DNA of 64,000 bases from Camelus ferus (Eukaryota): assembly GCF_009834535.1 (NCBI RefSeq), contig NC_045697.1, forward strand, positions 97,156,001 to 97,220,000, given 5' to 3'. The position numbers and the translations under genes are program-made. Below, in pieces: positions 1-13,952 of the stretch (position 1 is its first letter; each line of letters starts with the position of its first letter). Below the pieces are notes generated by a model. It saw only the letters and a list, made by a program, of their open reading frames with translations. It searched no databases and was not told the origin of the DNA.

Positions 1-187
1 TTAAGAGATACAAACTACTATGTATAAAATAAATAAGCAATAATGATATATTGTATAGCACAGGGAATTATAGCCATTATCTTGCAATAACTTTTAATGG
101 AGCATAATCTATAAAAATACCAAATCACTATGCTGTGCACCTGAAACTAATACTCTAAATCAACCATACTTCAATTAAAAATTTAAA
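1..187 (+). mobile_element. L1 3' UTR end (cetartiodactyl/L1MA-type), cut by the window edge
   Basis: ...CACAGGGAATTATAGCC...CACTATGCTGTGCACCTGAAACTAAT...ATCAACCATACTTCAATTAAAA followed by an A-rich tail; typical L1 3' terminus. Confidence 0.85.
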
Positions 188-224
188 AATGGATAAACTA
201 TTAAAAAGGATAAACCACAACCCT

Positions 225-330
225 CATACAGATAGAAAATGAACATATGTCAACATTTTTATTTAACTCATTAATTAATGAGGGAACAAGTAAGATACTG
301 GAAAAAGTTCAAGAGAAAATTGAGAGATTC
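225..330. mobile_element. possible hAT-Blackjack/MER63-like DNA transposon fragment
   Basis: TTTATTTAACTCATTAATTAATGAGGGAAC resembles the recalled family consensus; ends not defined. Confidence 0.3.
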
Positions 331-2219
331 ATATTAAGTAATCAGGAATGTTGAAATGAATTTGATCAATAGATGGAAAATTGACTTCTTTGGGAGGGAG
401 AAGAAGGAAATCAATAGTACCTCTACTGGAGAAAATTTATTTTACTTGCCTATGAGGAAATCATATCCATTGCTACTATTTATATACAAATTAGATAACA
501 TAGCTAAAAGATAGTGAAGGATGAATGAGACAGAACACCCATTGATCTTTTTTGTGCATTTTAAAGTCATTCACAATTATTCCTGAATTTATCACTGAGA
601 ATAATTTGCCAAATTGTTCCCATTAAATGAACTGATCTCTAATTTTAGATAAAGAACAAGTGAATATAATCAACAATGTTCCCAACAGAACCAATCATAA
701 TTCAATGAAGAACTTAATGAAATTTATAAAATTGCAGATATTCAGTTTATTGAAAAATTGGATGTGGTAGAATGCAATCAGAGAGAAACTTTATTATTCC
801 TCATAACGTCCTCTTTCAGTGCATCCTATAGACTGATATTCTGTCCTAACTCTAAATGAAGTCTCAAGAAAATCTCCTAAATTTCTGGTTCCTTTAAATT
901 AATATAAGTATCTGTTAGTTTTACATCAAATCTTTAACTCCTCTTCAAGTCTACAATTTCTGTCTCATCAGCTGATAAGCAATCAAGGGAAGGGAAATGC
1001 ATAGGTGTTTTGTCTTGAGCTCCTGCCCCACACCATGGCTCTTTAGGGAACCCCTCAAGATGAAGCAAGAGGAGTGGGGCGATATAAGGGTAAGAAGGTC
1101 TCACTTACCTGGAACAGGTTGTAATTCAGCACTAGTACCATGTGGGTTTAGTATATGCCAAAAAAAAAGCTAACTCATTCTCTTGTGAGACCTTCTTCAT
1201 AGTTGCATAGCTTCCTGGAGTTCATGAATTAGTTGATGGTATTCCTTCTGTCACATGGTTGTTATGTCCCATCATTCATGCACTATCTCTTACAGTCCAT
1301 GCTAGACTTCCAGTCTTTCCTGTGGAGGTTACCTCACTCCTGGTTGGCAGTCCTCTTGGAAGGGTACTTTAGTATGGCTCACTGTTGGCACTTTGTTCAG
1401 TATTCTTCTCTAGCACATGGAAAAACCAATACCTCTGCTTGGCAGCCAATGGAAGTGTAGCTCTCTCTCAAAGCAGTACTTTTGATGTTGTTGCAAGGAA
1501 ACCAGCTCTGGTCACTTGCATTTAAACTTTTCTGACTTGAATAAAAACTTGGTTCACTTAAAGTTCACTATCATTTAGCTTGAGGTAAAGAAGAGATAGT
1601 GCCTCACCATAGGAGGTTAGAGGAAATCCACAATATACCAGCAACTCCTTCTCTCTAAAGACCACCATTACAATGTCAACTTCAATATGTTGCATGTTTT
1701 CCTCCTGCTCTTATATCTCCCAAGCACCTTATGGGATAGTAACTGGCAGATTTATTTTTCACAACATCTTAGAATTTGCATAAATAGGAACTTCATTGAT
1801 AATTTCCTCCTATACCATTTGCCTTCATGGCTTTCTGCTAAAACTTAGAAAAAATGTTCAAGATCATATTTAACATTTGTCACATGTATTTAATTTTCAC
1901 ATGTCATGATTTGCACTGAATTAATTTTTGTAAAGTCCTTGAGGTATTTATCTTACTTTATAAAAATTCAAGAGGCTTGAATTACGTAAGGACATTTCTT
2001 TGTAATAAAACACATTGTGAATATTCATTTATATATCACCTTTTCAGTGTGGCCTACATTCACTTCTTATTTAAAATTGAAGCCACATCATTTCTAGTGC
2101 CTTTCCTTGCTTAATTTTCTTCCACAGCACTTGTCATGACCAAATCTAACTATGCTATATATTATGCTTATTCTTTTTATGTATATGTAGCTACATAGGA
2201 AACAGTAAGATTGTATCTT

Positions 2220-2900
2220 AGGGGAGAAAATGATAGTAGAAATAAATGGTGAAAAGTCATCAGATATAGTATAGACTTAAAATGCTGAGGTAATAGGACT
2301 TTTTGATGTACTGGATTTAAAAGGTAAAGGAAAAAAATAATTCAAATATGTGTTTTATTTTTTGAGCCAGAATAATCAGACATTTTTGTTGTAGTTGTTT
2401 GTGTTTTTTGTCATTGTTGCTTAACAACTGACTGAGAAATTGAAAAGAATAAAAAAGTGTGAACTTTGGTGAAGTCATCAAGAGTTTCCAAGAAACTAGA
2501 ACACTTAATGTAAAGCTTTGAAGGATGAGGCAAGGAGACTAAGAAGGAACAGCTGGAAGGCAAACAAAGAAAGTTAGGACACTGATGTCATTGGATGAGA
2601 TATTGAAAATAAAGGAAGTAGTCAATTCTGTCAAATGCCACTAAAGTAGGACAAGAAAAAGCTGGGAAAATATTCATTGTATTTATAGATATTAAGATTA
2701 TTGAATAAACAGATGGATTTGAAAAGAAAGATAAGAGCCATATCCAGAATGAAGAAGTGAATGTGAGGTGAGGAATAAAGAAATCAAGCACAGCAGTTCT
2801 TTCAAGAAACTGGGATGGTGTCAGCGCAGAGCAGTAGAAGATGACAACTGGAAGGGGATGCAGGTTAGGAAAAGGGATCTGCATCTGAGGAGTATTTTAT
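2220..2900 (-). mobile_element. degenerate L2 LINE fragment
   Basis: Purine-rich degenerate L2-like tracts (TAGTCAATTCTGTCAAATGCCAC, CAGTTCTTTCAAGAAAC). Confidence 0.55.
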
Positions 2901-3119
2901 TGTTGTTTCTAAGAAAAGAAATCTGGGCGTGTTTATGGAAATAGATCAGCATAATTATAGAACACATGAGAGAAAAATAACACTTTCAAGTATAAGTGTT
3001 CTGATCAGATACAGAATCTACGTACTTTATAGGGTAGAACTATTGTCTATAAACAGGGAAAAGGTATACCATTTTATAAATCATACACATATGATGGTGA
3101 TGACACTCATAAATCACAC

Positions 3120-3340
3120 TGAGTGCTAATTATGTGTAGGAAAGAATAGTAAACATTTCACCTCTCATCTTAATTACTCATATCATTAAAATTTATAAAG
3201 CATCACTGTTATTATTGCCATTTATAGTTGGAGAAACTGATGCTTAGAGTTTAAAAGATTTGTCTAAGGTCACCCAGCTAGGAAATGCCTGGATAGAAGA
3301 TTCAAATATAAGTTATTGACTGTAAAACACACACTTATAT
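3120..3340 (-). mobile_element. MIR SINE
   Basis: GGAGAAACTGATGCTTAGAG...TTGTCTAAGGTCACCCAGCTAGGAAAT...GATTCAAA matches the reverse-complement MIR core. Confidence 0.75.
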
Positions 3341-4479
3341 CTTTGAAGTGCAGTATTAAGGAAAGCTAAGGGGAAACGATGAAGGGAGTTTTTTCATCTT
3401 CATAACCAAGTCTAGCTGATAATGATATTTGACATGTGGGGAAAATAATTAGGGATTATAAAGTTTGTTTTTTTTTTATAATGACATTAGAAAGCTAAGA
3501 ATTACTTGGTGGATCATACTCTAAGTCAGATAATTTCTGAAACTTTGTGAAAATGTATGCTTCATTTTGTAACAATTACTCTTCCAAAATAACTCTCTTG
3601 CTTCAATAAAGTTATTGAGTTTCCATAATTAGAAACAACATTTACGTTGGCAAGTATATGATGCATGCATATATATGATAATGCATCTTATCTCTTGTTT
3701 TTTGATCATGTATGGGAATATAATAAAAGACTGACAATCACTGAGCAAATTTCAACAAACTAGTTTACCAGTTTAATAAAAACAAATTCATGGAATGCAT
3801 ACATTCAAATACTTCACCTATTAAATTGCATGTCTAAAGGCTATTCTACAAGCAACAAAAATTACCATACATACATATTCATATGCATTGGATTGGTAGA
3901 GTGAGCCAGATTTGCATTCCATATATAAAACTGTCACCTCACATTTCCATGATAAATCATGAGAAGAATAAAGGGGTATGCAGGCATAGAAGCACTGCAT
4001 ATATTTTCTGGGCTGGCAAAGGTATTATCTCTGTGTGTCCAATTCATTTGTTGTGCCAATTTTCAGAACACCTGACATTTTACCAGATATGAAAAGTATT
4101 TAATATGATAGGTATACTTTAATATGGTCATTGTGAAAAAATATGGCATGTTTTCACAAATCTACAGAATATGGGCCATGAGTTTTAATTTTTAAAATTT
4201 TTATTTTCTAATAGGTTACAGATTTGGTAAAATCTTTATCAAAGAATCAGAAATTAAAGAAAAATATTTAGTCTAGTTCTCTTAAGTATTAAGTTGACTA
4301 CCTTAGGATAGAACATAAACTTTTTTTATTATCTAATAATACCATTATATGAGGTAAGAAGAAAACATAGTGATGTTTTTATGTTTCATATACCTAGTTA
4401 CTATGCAATAAATGACTAGGTGTAAACAACACTTAGCAAAAAGAATGTGTCCCTGCTCACATAAATATAGAATGTATAG

Positions 4480-5310
4480 TAGACATCACATCAACATTTC
4501 TTAAACTAAACTCTTTATATTCTCCTCCAAATCTGTCCATTGCAAACTTGCCCGGAATATGTCCACTTACTACTGTCAAAGATATTCTGTGATTTGAGAT
4601 AGTATCATCCCTCTTCTACAATATCCTCTTAACTAGTCTTCCTGTTTCTATCCCTGGCACTGCTAATACATATTCTCAATACAATACATTGAGAGTTTTT
4701 TAAAGCAGTCAGATCTTGTCACTCATCTGCTAAAAATCCTGCAATGTCCATATAATTTACCTAAGTAAAAGGCAAAATCCTTTAAGGGGCTTATAAAGCC
4801 CTTAATGATCTAGCCCTGCATTATCATCCTGACATCACTTCTTATCACACCCCAGTCTCCCAAACAGGTCCCCTTCCAGTTACACTGGCCTCTATTACTC
4901 TGACTTGTCTTTCATGATCCTGCTTTAGGACCTCTGTACTGGCTGTTTCCTCTGCCTGGAGCACTCTTCCAAATTCCCGCAACCCCAGGGAGGGATATGG
5001 CTAACTCCCTACTCACCAATTGAGTCTTCATAAAAATGTCCCCTTCTTAGTGTGGGACATTTTTCTATCCCATTATTTTACTCTAACTCCAACTTCCCGT
5101 CACTCCCATTACATGTTTTACTTTTTCTTATTCCAATAATTACTATTCTCTAGCATTCTGTTTAATTAATATATTGATTATATTTGTCTATATCAATTAC
5201 AATATAATTCCACCAAGCAAAGAATCGCATCTATTTTCTTCAAGGATGTAATTCAAAAATATAAAACAGGACCCTAGAAGGTATTCAACAGATACTTTGA
5301 AGAGAATAAA
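4480..5310 (+). mobile_element. L2a LINE 3' part
   Basis: CAGATCTTGTCACTCATCTGC...GCTGTTTCCTCTGCCTGGAGCACTCTTCC...GTATTCAACAGATACTTTGAAG-type 3' end. Confidence 0.75.
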
Positions 5311-5785
5311 TTATTTGAATTTAATGCTCACGATAAAGCATACACATACAATTTTAAATGTAGGAAGAGTAAGATAAGCAAGATAAGAAACATAAAATAT
5401 TGTTGGTTTCAAAGGGAAAAGAATATATTTATTTGGATGGGAAGAAAAAATAAATGATTCACAGAAGATTGTATCTGAGATGAACCTGTAAAGATTGGTA
5501 CAATTTTGATAAGTAGATAATCAAGGTGTGGGCACTGTAAGAATTCATTATAAGAAAAATTAAGAATAAAACTAAGTATTGTTTGCTTGTATGTTTTATC
5601 ATTTTAATTAACACTGGGAAAACAAAGATGATCACTGATTTCAAATCACTTGCTGCTAGTGAAGTGTGTGTGTGTATGCGTATTTTAATTATTAAAATCA
5701 ATCAATAATAAAGAGCTAAAAAAAAGAACATTTAGAAGACACTTGCAAAAGAACAAAAATTTTAAAAATCAATTCTTTTCAATAG

Positions 5786-6017
5786 TCAATAAATAGTCTT
5801 TACTTACACGGGGTATTTGTTAATACTGCCAAGGGAATAAAACAGCAGTTTCTAGACAGAATCTCAGTTCATGCTCAGATGGATAGGCAGTTGCAGCTGA
5901 CTTTATAAAGCTTATTTATCAAATGTTCAGTTTGGACATAATATTGACACCATTGCATACGCCAAATCTATTTTTTGCCCAATTGTAGGGGTTGGCATCC
6001 AGGAATATGAATAAAAG
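5786..6017 (+). pseudogene. candidate fossil exon
   Basis: Acceptor TTCTTTTCAATAG| and donor AAG|GTAAGC. Reads SINSLYLHGVFVNTAKGIKQQFLDRISVHAQMDRQLQLT, then after one frameshift YKAYLSNVQFGHNIDTIAYAKSIFCPIVGVGIQEYE*K. Confidence 0.4.
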
Positions 6018-6589
6018 GTAAGCTTGAGACAACTCCATGACTTTTATTCCTGAACAGAAAACTTCTGATAGCTATCCTCTTCCCATTTGTCCTATTCCAA
6101 TAAAAGTGGTTGAGCAACTTAGAAAAAGACAAAAAGACCCTTAGCATTACTCACAGCTAAACTCCAGGCCTATCCTAAGCTTTCCCTCTTCTAAGCAAAT
6201 CTCATTTCATCAGAATCTTCTAACACTCCAAAACAAATTACTTGCCAAAGGTTTTCCACAGATTAAAGAAAAGAGTAGAGAAATGAGAGTGATTTATACA
6301 ATGCCCCAAGAACCCACCAACAAAAACCCCACTGTATCACAGACCCCAAATTCTACAATCAATCCCCAAAACTGCATACAAAAAGAACATTCTACCTCTT
6401 TTGCATGCAGTAGATTTGAGTTTCATTTTGATTCATTTGTTCTTTCTGCCAAAGCTAGATCTTTCTATGTATGTTTTCAACTCCCAGAAGTATTAAGGGA
6501 AATGAAAATAGAGCAACAGCATTTCTTTCATTTTTTGTTGTGGTTAACCTATTTTCTCTCAATCTTGTATTCAATAAATTCTGAAAGAA

Positions 6590-6985
6590 TAAATAGAATC
6601 ACTGTAAAGGGAAGAAGATGCTTCCTTTCAACTTGTATCCTTAAAATGACCAAATTTTCTTTTAAAGAGCATCTGCTACATTTTATCTGCACAAGTTTTA
6701 TTGATGTGGATATATTAAACATCTGGCATGTTTTAAGTTGAAGTGTTTGTAAATACCTTAAATAAATCATTATGGTTCTTGCAATAATTCTATAATATGA
6801 ATGAGTTGGTGCACAATTACCAAGGTGAACATCAGCAAAATATTTCAGTGGGGGTATATTCCCTTGGCTTTCCTCCCCTTTGGTATCGACTAAAAGATAC
6901 CGTTTTCTTCTGACAGCCATCTGTTCCACTACCTTTGGGCCATAATTTACAGAACTAAAACTAAAATATACATGCAAGCTGGCAA
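6590..6985 (+). pseudogene. candidate fossil exon (boundaries uncertain)
   Basis: Long stop-poor stretches FKEHLLHFICTSFIDVDILNIWHVLS and, after a frameshift, MNELVHNYQGEHQQNISVGVYSLGFPPLWYRLKDTVFF*QPSVPLPLG. No convincing splice sites. Confidence 0.25.
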
Positions 6986-7489
6986 AGTATTTTTTAAGCT
7001 TAGATGAATTAAAATAATACTGGGACAGGAGGAAAATAAAAATCTTCTTTTATCATCTTATTTTCCATTGAAGAAACTGAAGACTAAAAATTACATCCAA
7101 AAGAACCAGAATTAGAACCTTGGTTTCCTTCTGTGTTCTCTTTCCATTCTATCACATTCCACAGAACCTTCCTATATTTTATTAATTAGAAAATCATCAG
7201 AATACTCCATAAAATTAAAAACATCTCTTAAATTTTTAAACATCAATATAATCTTCTTTTTTAAACTTTGTTAAATCAGTAGTTCATCCTTTAGGTACTT
7301 TAGATACTAGAGATACTATATAAGATCTTTAATTATGCAATATTGAACATTTCACACAGAAAAATGATGTATTTCCTAAGCTCTCAGAGAAGAAAAAGAA
7401 AAACTCATTTAAGACAGAACTAAAGAAATTAATAGAAAAGTTCTCTTCAAGAGGAACACAATATGTTGGACTACAACACTTACGTATCA

Positions 7490-7900
7490 TGAGGCCCAAA
7501 ATTTCATGTGCTGCTGCCTTGACATTTTGAACCTTACAGGGCCCCTTCCTCTCACCATATATGCTTCCACACAGGGAGAAAAGCTCCCACCTGGCCAGAT
7601 CAGCTGGACCAGTTGGGCCCTACTTGATCATCCTTGACCTAATGGGTTTCACCTGCCTGCAAATCTGAGCCATTATTCTAATATCCAATCATATCCTCCC
7701 ACAGGTACCCAACCCTCTTTTTACTACAAAACCTACCTCCTAAACTCTCTGCTTATTCACTGTATCTCTGAGTGCAACCTCCGTGTGGCCCTGTGTGGCA
7801 TGCCATGTCCTCCTCTGGGGCTGTGAGTGTCTTTAATTAATAAACTTTTGTTTGATTGTTGGATGGTATGTATATATGGCCATGAAACTGTGGGTGAAAA
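7490..7900 (+). mobile_element. ERV1-type LTR fragment
   Basis: GC-richer block with CCAAT, GAGTGCAACCTCCGTGTGGCCCTGTG and AATAAAC at about 7839; LTR U3-R-U5 character. Confidence 0.6.
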
Positions 7901-8406
7901 CCATTTTACCTGACTTCACTAATCAAGGTCATTTAAAGACTAGCTTGTCCTCCAAGTGGCACACAGCCTATGTTTGCCCAAGTTATTTTCCAGGAACTTG
8001 GAGTCAACTGCCTCTAGTTCCAGCTGAGCTGGTTAAGGTTGGATAGGCCCACCAACCCTTCAACTAGGCATGTGTGAGTGTCCTTGGTGACTTTTGACAT
8101 CACAGGGCAGAAAAGCACCTTCAGAAGGTGTAGAGGCCTGTAGCCTAATTATGTCTGAGCAGGACAATTACAGCACTTTTTCCTATCACCTTTCCCCATA
8201 CTCCCCATGCCTCAGACCTCCCTGCTTCTTTACTGTTTATCCCATAAACACCCCAAGCCCCTTGCCTTCAAGGAGGTGAATGTGAGATTTGTTCTCCTGT
8301 CTCCTCACTTGGTTGTCTTGCAAATAAACTGGCTCTTTGATGCAAACCTCAGTGTCTCAGTGTTTTGCCTTGCTGTGTAGGGCAAAACAAATCTGGTTCA
8401 GTAATA
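7900..8406 (+). mobile_element. ERV1-type LTR (second, adjacent)
   Basis: CCCATAAACACCCCAAGCCCC (TATA region), GAGATTTGTTCTCCTGTCTCCTC, AATAAAC at about 8323 and a 3' end GGTTCAGTAATA typical of this LTR class. Confidence 0.7.
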
Positions 8407-9859
8407 GCCATTTCATACCATTTAGAGCAAAGGATCCCTTAATTAATAGCAAGGTGAACAGAAGGTGATCAAAACACTCTATAATTTGGTGCAAAGAAAT
8501 GATAAAACAAAATAATTTCTCAACTTTTCTGCTGTACTTTAGGTTCCAAGTATCAGATTTTAATACCTTTTTCATCATCTTAGGTTGCATTACCTGAACT
8601 TAAAAACTTTATTCCAACTACAAAAAAATAATTGCATTGCATAGAATAGGAGAGTAAAAGAGAAGAACAGTAGAAAATGCAAGACCTGCCCTAAATTTTA
8701 CATAAGTCCTGGGTGGAAGATTTCCACATTCACCTAGTCCCTGGTAGACTTTGGGGTTCACAAATGATATTCTAAAAATTAAGATAAGAAAATACAAAGG
8801 AACAAAAGGAATTCGGTTTCTGTCAATTTTAGTTGTTCCTTGATTCAGTGTAGTAGAATGAAAAAAAGTTAACTTAATTGAGATTAAGGACCTGAATTTA
8901 TGAAAACAATGAAAGAGCCATTATAGTATTGTGCCCAAAAAACCATAAGTCCTTATGGAAGAGAGCATCAAAATGACTGATTTCGATATGAAGAAATCTT
9001 TCATATAACACTGAAGTGATTTAGAAGAATATAAGCCAAGTTTAACTAGATTGAAGGTAATGATTTTAAAACTTTTAAAAGTCAATAGGCATCTTACAAA
9101 CTTCACATTAATTTTAAAATATTCAACAACTCTAGATATTAGAAGGTTTGTGGGAAGAGTCATTTGTTTTGTTCATTTTAGTTATACTGTTCAATTCCTT
9201 TGTAAGTTTTCACTGTATTTAAAAGTAGATCAATCTCACTTCACAAAGCATGCATTGTAAAATTGCAACTATGGAGTAAGCCTTTCTATTTAAAAAATGC
9301 AAAATTTTTCACAATTTTTAAAATATCATTCACTTTATTTTAAATTCTATAATTTATCAAAAGCAAATGGCTTATATCTGTCAATTTCCTTTCTCAATAA
9401 GCACATCCAAGAGCATACAGATTTGTTTCTTCTCACAAACTACAGATATTTATAAGGACCATCTCCACATGTGTCATACCTCCTTTAATTTTTTTCTTAC
9501 TTCGTCCTTGTAGATTAACTTTATGAGTTTTATTCTGACCTATTACATTTATGGTATATGATACTTTGAGAAAGGATGCAAATGCATTTCCATTTTAACC
9601 CAGCACCTCGATAAACAGTTTCTTGACAGTGAGAACTAAACTGGTAGATATGTCTTAGGAAATCTATTCAGAATTTCAGATGTTAACAAAGTACATGACT
9701 GCAGTTCTAATTTGGGATTTACCACAATATAGCTATGTAAACTTAACTAAATCATAAAAGCTAAACTTCAACTTTTGTTTTTCACCAGTGAAGCGACGAG
9801 TATTGAACAATTTCAGCAACAAAATGCTATGAATATATAATTCTGAATCATTGATTTTA

Positions 9860-10970
9860 AATTTTTTTATTTTATTTTTTCATTCCCTTAGCATGTGAAA
9901 TACATTTACATAATTCAAAAATCCAAAAGAAAAAACTGTAAACAGTGAGAAGCCTCAGACTCACCCAGTCACCATCAACTTAATTTACCCCACCTCACTC
10001 CATCAGAGGCAACCACTATTTTTACTTTTGGGTACATCACTTTGGGGTACTTTGTGCAAACATAATATATAGTTTTTCCCCTTTTTACTTCAAAAAAAGT
10101 AACTTGCTATAGACAATACTCTGCATGTTGCTTTTTCACCTGATGATGTATCTTGAGCTCTTTAATATCAGTATATAGAAAGTTTCCTTAATTTCTTTCC
10201 CTGCTTAACAAAAGTGGAATATTATCAGTTCCCTATTGATAAACACTTGGGTTGTTTCCACACTTTTGGACTTACAGATGACATTTCAGTGAACTACTTT
10301 ACAGCTATGTCATCCTATCTATGCAAAAATGTGTATCAGAAAATTTCTGGGAAGAGAGATTTGTTGGTCACAGCGTAAAGGCACATATTTTGATGTATTT
10401 TTATAACTCTTTTTATTGGCATTATTCCATTTGTCCTTCCACCAGCAATGTATGAAAGAATCTGTTTTCCCTTAGCCTGGCCAACAGAACATTTTCTTAT
10501 TTTCTCATCCCTTTGGATTCCTGCTAATATGAGAGGTGAAAAATAGCATCTTGGTTTATTTTTAATTTGCATTTCTCTTATGAGTGAGATTGAAAAAAAT
10601 TTTAATTACTCTTTAAGGTATATTTAAATTTGTTTCTTTATGTTCTATCTATATCTTTCATCTTTTATATATCTAGGAGGTTTTTACATAATTAGGAAGA
10701 TTAAACCTTCTTCTGATAGATGAGTTGAAAATACTTTTTTCCCAGCTTGTCACTTGTTTCTAGAGTTCACTTAGTGTTTTTTTTTCCCCCTTTTATTTTG
10801 CCATGCAGAAGTATTTGACTTTGGTATAGTCAAATTTATCAATATTTCCTTTAATGGATTCTAAATATTGAATCATAATTGGAAATCACTTCTCTACTCT
10901 AATCTTGTAAAAGAATTTAAACATATTTTATTTTAGTATATTTACTATTTTATTTTTTACACTGAATTCT
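9860..10970 (-). mobile_element. old L1M (L1MC/ME-type) 3' region
   Basis: CCCTATTGATAAACACTTGGGTTGTTTCCA...CCACCAGCAATGTATGA...TTTTAATTTGCATTTCTCT. Confidence 0.8.
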
Positions 10971-10979
10971 TTCACTTCT

Positions 10980-12492
10980 CCGCCACATTTATTATTTCAT
11001 TAGCTAGTACTTCTAGTACAGTTTTGAAAAGGAGTGATGAGAGAAAAGACCTTTGATTTTCAATTTATCTTAATGAAAAAGATTCAAGTTTTTCATTATT
11101 GAGTATGACGTTAGCTATATGATTTTTTTGTAGAAATTATTTTTCAAGTTGAGGATTTTCCCCTATATTCCTAGTTTACTGCGATTGTTTATCATGAATG
11201 AGCACTGGATTTTGCTAACATTTTTTCTGCATCTATTGATATGATCATGGGCTTTTTCTTTTTTTAGCCTGTTGATATGATGAAATACATAAATTGATAT
11301 TTGAGTGTTGAACAAGCTTTGCATGTCTGGTATAAACCTCACTTGGTTGTGGAATATAATTATTTTTATACACTGTTAAATGTAATTTGCTAATATTTTG
11401 TTGAGCATTTTTGCATTTATGTTAATGAGAGATACTGGTCTGTAGTTGTCTTTTCTTCAATGCCTTTGGTTTTGTTTTTAGAGTAAGCTGGTCTCAAAGA
11501 ATGAGTTAGGAAGTATCCCCTTGGCTTCTATCCTCTGAAAGGGACTGTAGAGATTTGGTGTAATTTCTTCCTTAAATGTTTAACAGAATTCACCAGTGAA
11601 TCCATCCAGGCTTGGTGCTTTCTGTTTTGGAAGGTTATTATTTATTGATTAAGTTTCTTTAATAGATACACAAATATTCAGATTGTCTATTCTTATATAA
11701 GTTTTGGCAAATTATGTCTTTCAAGAAATTGGTCCATTACGTCTATGCTATCAAATTTGTGGGCACAGACTTTTTTATAATAAATCCTTTGTTATTCTTT
11801 TACTGTCTTTGGGGTCTCTAGTGATACCCCCTCTTTCTCACTTCTCATATTAGTAATCTGTGCCTTTTGTCTTTTTTTTCTTAGTTAGCCTGGCTGGAGG
11901 CTAATCAATGTGATTGATTAGAGTTGGGTATTTCCCTTCCCCACGTCACTTAAGCTCTGATGATACACCAGCAAGTTAGGCTCAGGTTAACTAGCTTCCC
12001 CTGAAGGGAGGCCTTGTTAACAAGAACAGAGTACTCTGTATTATTTCAAAATGTTTCCTTACCCCTCTCCCTGCCAGAAGCCTGAGGGTATTTTTCTCTG
12101 ATGATTACTGTGGGAGCCTTGTAGAGCTCCTGAAGGTAAATCCAACAATATTGTGGGGGCTTCCCTATGACTGGCTTTCCTCAGAGTTCTTAATTCTCAG
12201 ACTTGTCCATACTGGGCCTCCAATAATTTGTCAATTACAGTTCAGGTTTTCCTTCCCCAGCACTGGTTCTTATAGTGGTTTCTGCTTGTATGTCTCTCCT
12301 CTGGTAAGCTGTGACTGACTCCCTGTTTTCACCTGTCTTTCTCTCCAACTTTGGGGAAAGTGGTTTGCCTTGTGATCTCCCCTCTCACATGGATGCAAAA
12401 AGAAGTGTTGTTTTTCGGTCTGTTCAAATGTTTACTTGTTCTTAAGACAGAGCAGTGACTTCCAAGCTCGTTACATGTGGAAGCAGAAACTG
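10980..12492 (-). mobile_element. old L1M: ORF2 fragment (10980-11920) joined to an L1MC/MD-type 5' region (11920-12492)
   Basis: TTTTCTGCATCTATTGATATGATCATG, AGAATTCACCAGTGAATCCATC (ORF2 antisense), then a GC-richer 5'-UTR-like tract ending GAAGCAGAAACTG. Confidence 0.8.
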
Positions 12493-12650
12493 TTTGAATC
12501 CCTACTCTGATTTTTCACTACTGGCTTCATTTGCTACTCCTAGACAAAAGTACTGATGTCAGAGCTCCTAACACTTTAATGTTTTCATAACTATGTTGAA
12601 CAATTTTCTTTCCAATATAGTAATTTCCCTTTTTATTCAATTTTTTTCAA

Positions 12651-12942
12651 TATAACTTCACTACGTATATTTACTAAAAAATAATGAAGAAAATGGGGAA
12701 GAGGAGACAATGGCTGGGGACAGACATCCATATCCTTGCCAGATGCTTTCACTTAAGAAAGCCTGGTAAAAGCCATGGTTAGCAAAACACCTCAAGGGGA
12801 TGAGAAAAGAAAAAATGTTATTTTCCCAAAGACCTTGGGATTGGAGAAACTGGGAATATTTCCAGCCTCCCCTACTTATCTCTTTTGGCTCCAGTGCAGC
12901 AAAATATCTTCCCCTAAACACAAACATGCTTGAAGAACAAAA
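12651..12942 (+). pseudogene. candidate fossil exon
   Basis: Strong pyrimidine tract ending TTTTTTTCAA (AG apparently lost). About 95 codons with one internal stop (LHYVYLLKNNEENGEEE...KKAW*KPWLAKHLKGMRKEKMLFSQRPWDWRNWEYFQPPLL...MLEEQ). Donor AA|GTTAGT, phase 2. Confidence 0.4.
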
Positions 12943-13531
12943 GTTAGTTAACCCTTTGACCACCATATATTTAGAGCAATATAGTATACATTAGAATCGT
13001 GAATCACTCTGGTAATAGCAAAACAGCTTTGACATGTTAGGCAAACATTCACTCTCAGAATCTCCCTAACTGGCCATGTATCATGCATTCACTTACATCA
13101 TTCAAGGAGAAGTTTGGGGATAAAATTTCTTATTACCCACATTTTAGCAATGAAAATTCTATGTCACCTAAATACCTCTGACACTCCCCTGGAAGAGATA
13201 TGGTCCAAGTATGAAATCATTTGTGGTCCTGTACTCTGAAGATAATCTTTAAAAAAAATTTTTTTAAATGTAGTGTACGTGTATAGTAATTAGCTTCTTA
13301 AATCATCAACCTGCATGTTCCGCACCTCATTCAGAGAAAAAAAGCCAGTAAAAACAGAGATTAGCTACTTATGCGTATTAAAACTGAGTTAATACTAATC
13401 TCATACTTGAAATTTTCTTTTCCTTACTCTACAATCTGCCTCTGTCTTTCTTTTCCCTTTTCAGAGAGCTTTGAGTCAAAGAACTTCTCAGCTCTTGTGT
13501 ATTTTTACTTTATGATAAACTTTCATTTCAG

Positions 13532-13776
13532 AGAGGATGAGGTTGGAGTCCTCTGACCACCACCATTTCTAACATTAACACCCCAAGTAGTTATTCAAAA
13601 AAACATAAGGATCCAGAGTCTTAAGTTCTTGCTTTGCTTACCTACTAGATTTCTGGTTTAGTGCTTCTTCTTGGTGTCAGTTTCTGTTGGAAATTCTCAG
13701 GCATCTCAACTCCTTTGGTTAAAGCCAGTGGACTCTAAAATCAACAGGAGAAATGTACACTTTACCATTTTGGACT
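13532..13776 (+). pseudogene. candidate fossil exon with RGS helix-4-like LLDFW motif
   Basis: Acceptor TTTCATTTCAG| (phase 2) and donor ACT|GTAATT (phase 0). LLDFW at 13642-13656 is in the same frame as LPFWT at 13762-13776. Confidence 0.5.
13642..13734 (-). ncRNA. candidate internal exon (93 nt) of an antisense transcript
   Basis: Minus-strand acceptor TTTCTCCTGTTGATTTTAG| and donor TAG|GTAAGC; stops in all three frames. Confidence 0.35.
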
Positions 13777-13952
13777 GTAATTTATTTTTAATCCAGTATA
13801 ATTAACTATCTCAAATCTTGGGTCATATTCTACTGAAACAATCCTTCATGACTGCTAAATATAAATGGAGTCTTTGCTTTGAATGGTCTTGGTGCAATCT
13901 TAGCCTTTCGGTACCATTTCCTTGCCCAAGTGTTCTGTTGTTGTTGTTGTTT

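Noticed and set aside
905..1700. GC-richer block with a strong minus donor CAG|GTAAGT at 1109
   Set aside because: It looks like an old LTR-type repeat that I cannot name or bound, and there is no matching acceptor.
3883..4110. 69-aa ORF with YIFW and nearby octamer/CCAAT/NFI-like motifs
   Set aside because: It could be an upstream fossil exon or a regulatory element, but splice sites are poor and the motifs are short.
6549..6977. 142-aa minus-strand ORF as a stand-alone gene
   Set aside because: No recognisable homology; it runs through splice-like signals and lies antisense to a stop-poor plus-strand block. Kept only as part of the antisense-RNA hypothesis.
8833..9056. Plus-strand block with acceptor TTTTAG| and donor AAG|GTAATG
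   Set aside because: It could be another fossil exon, but every frame has about as many stops as random AT-rich DNA and I see no diagnostic motif.
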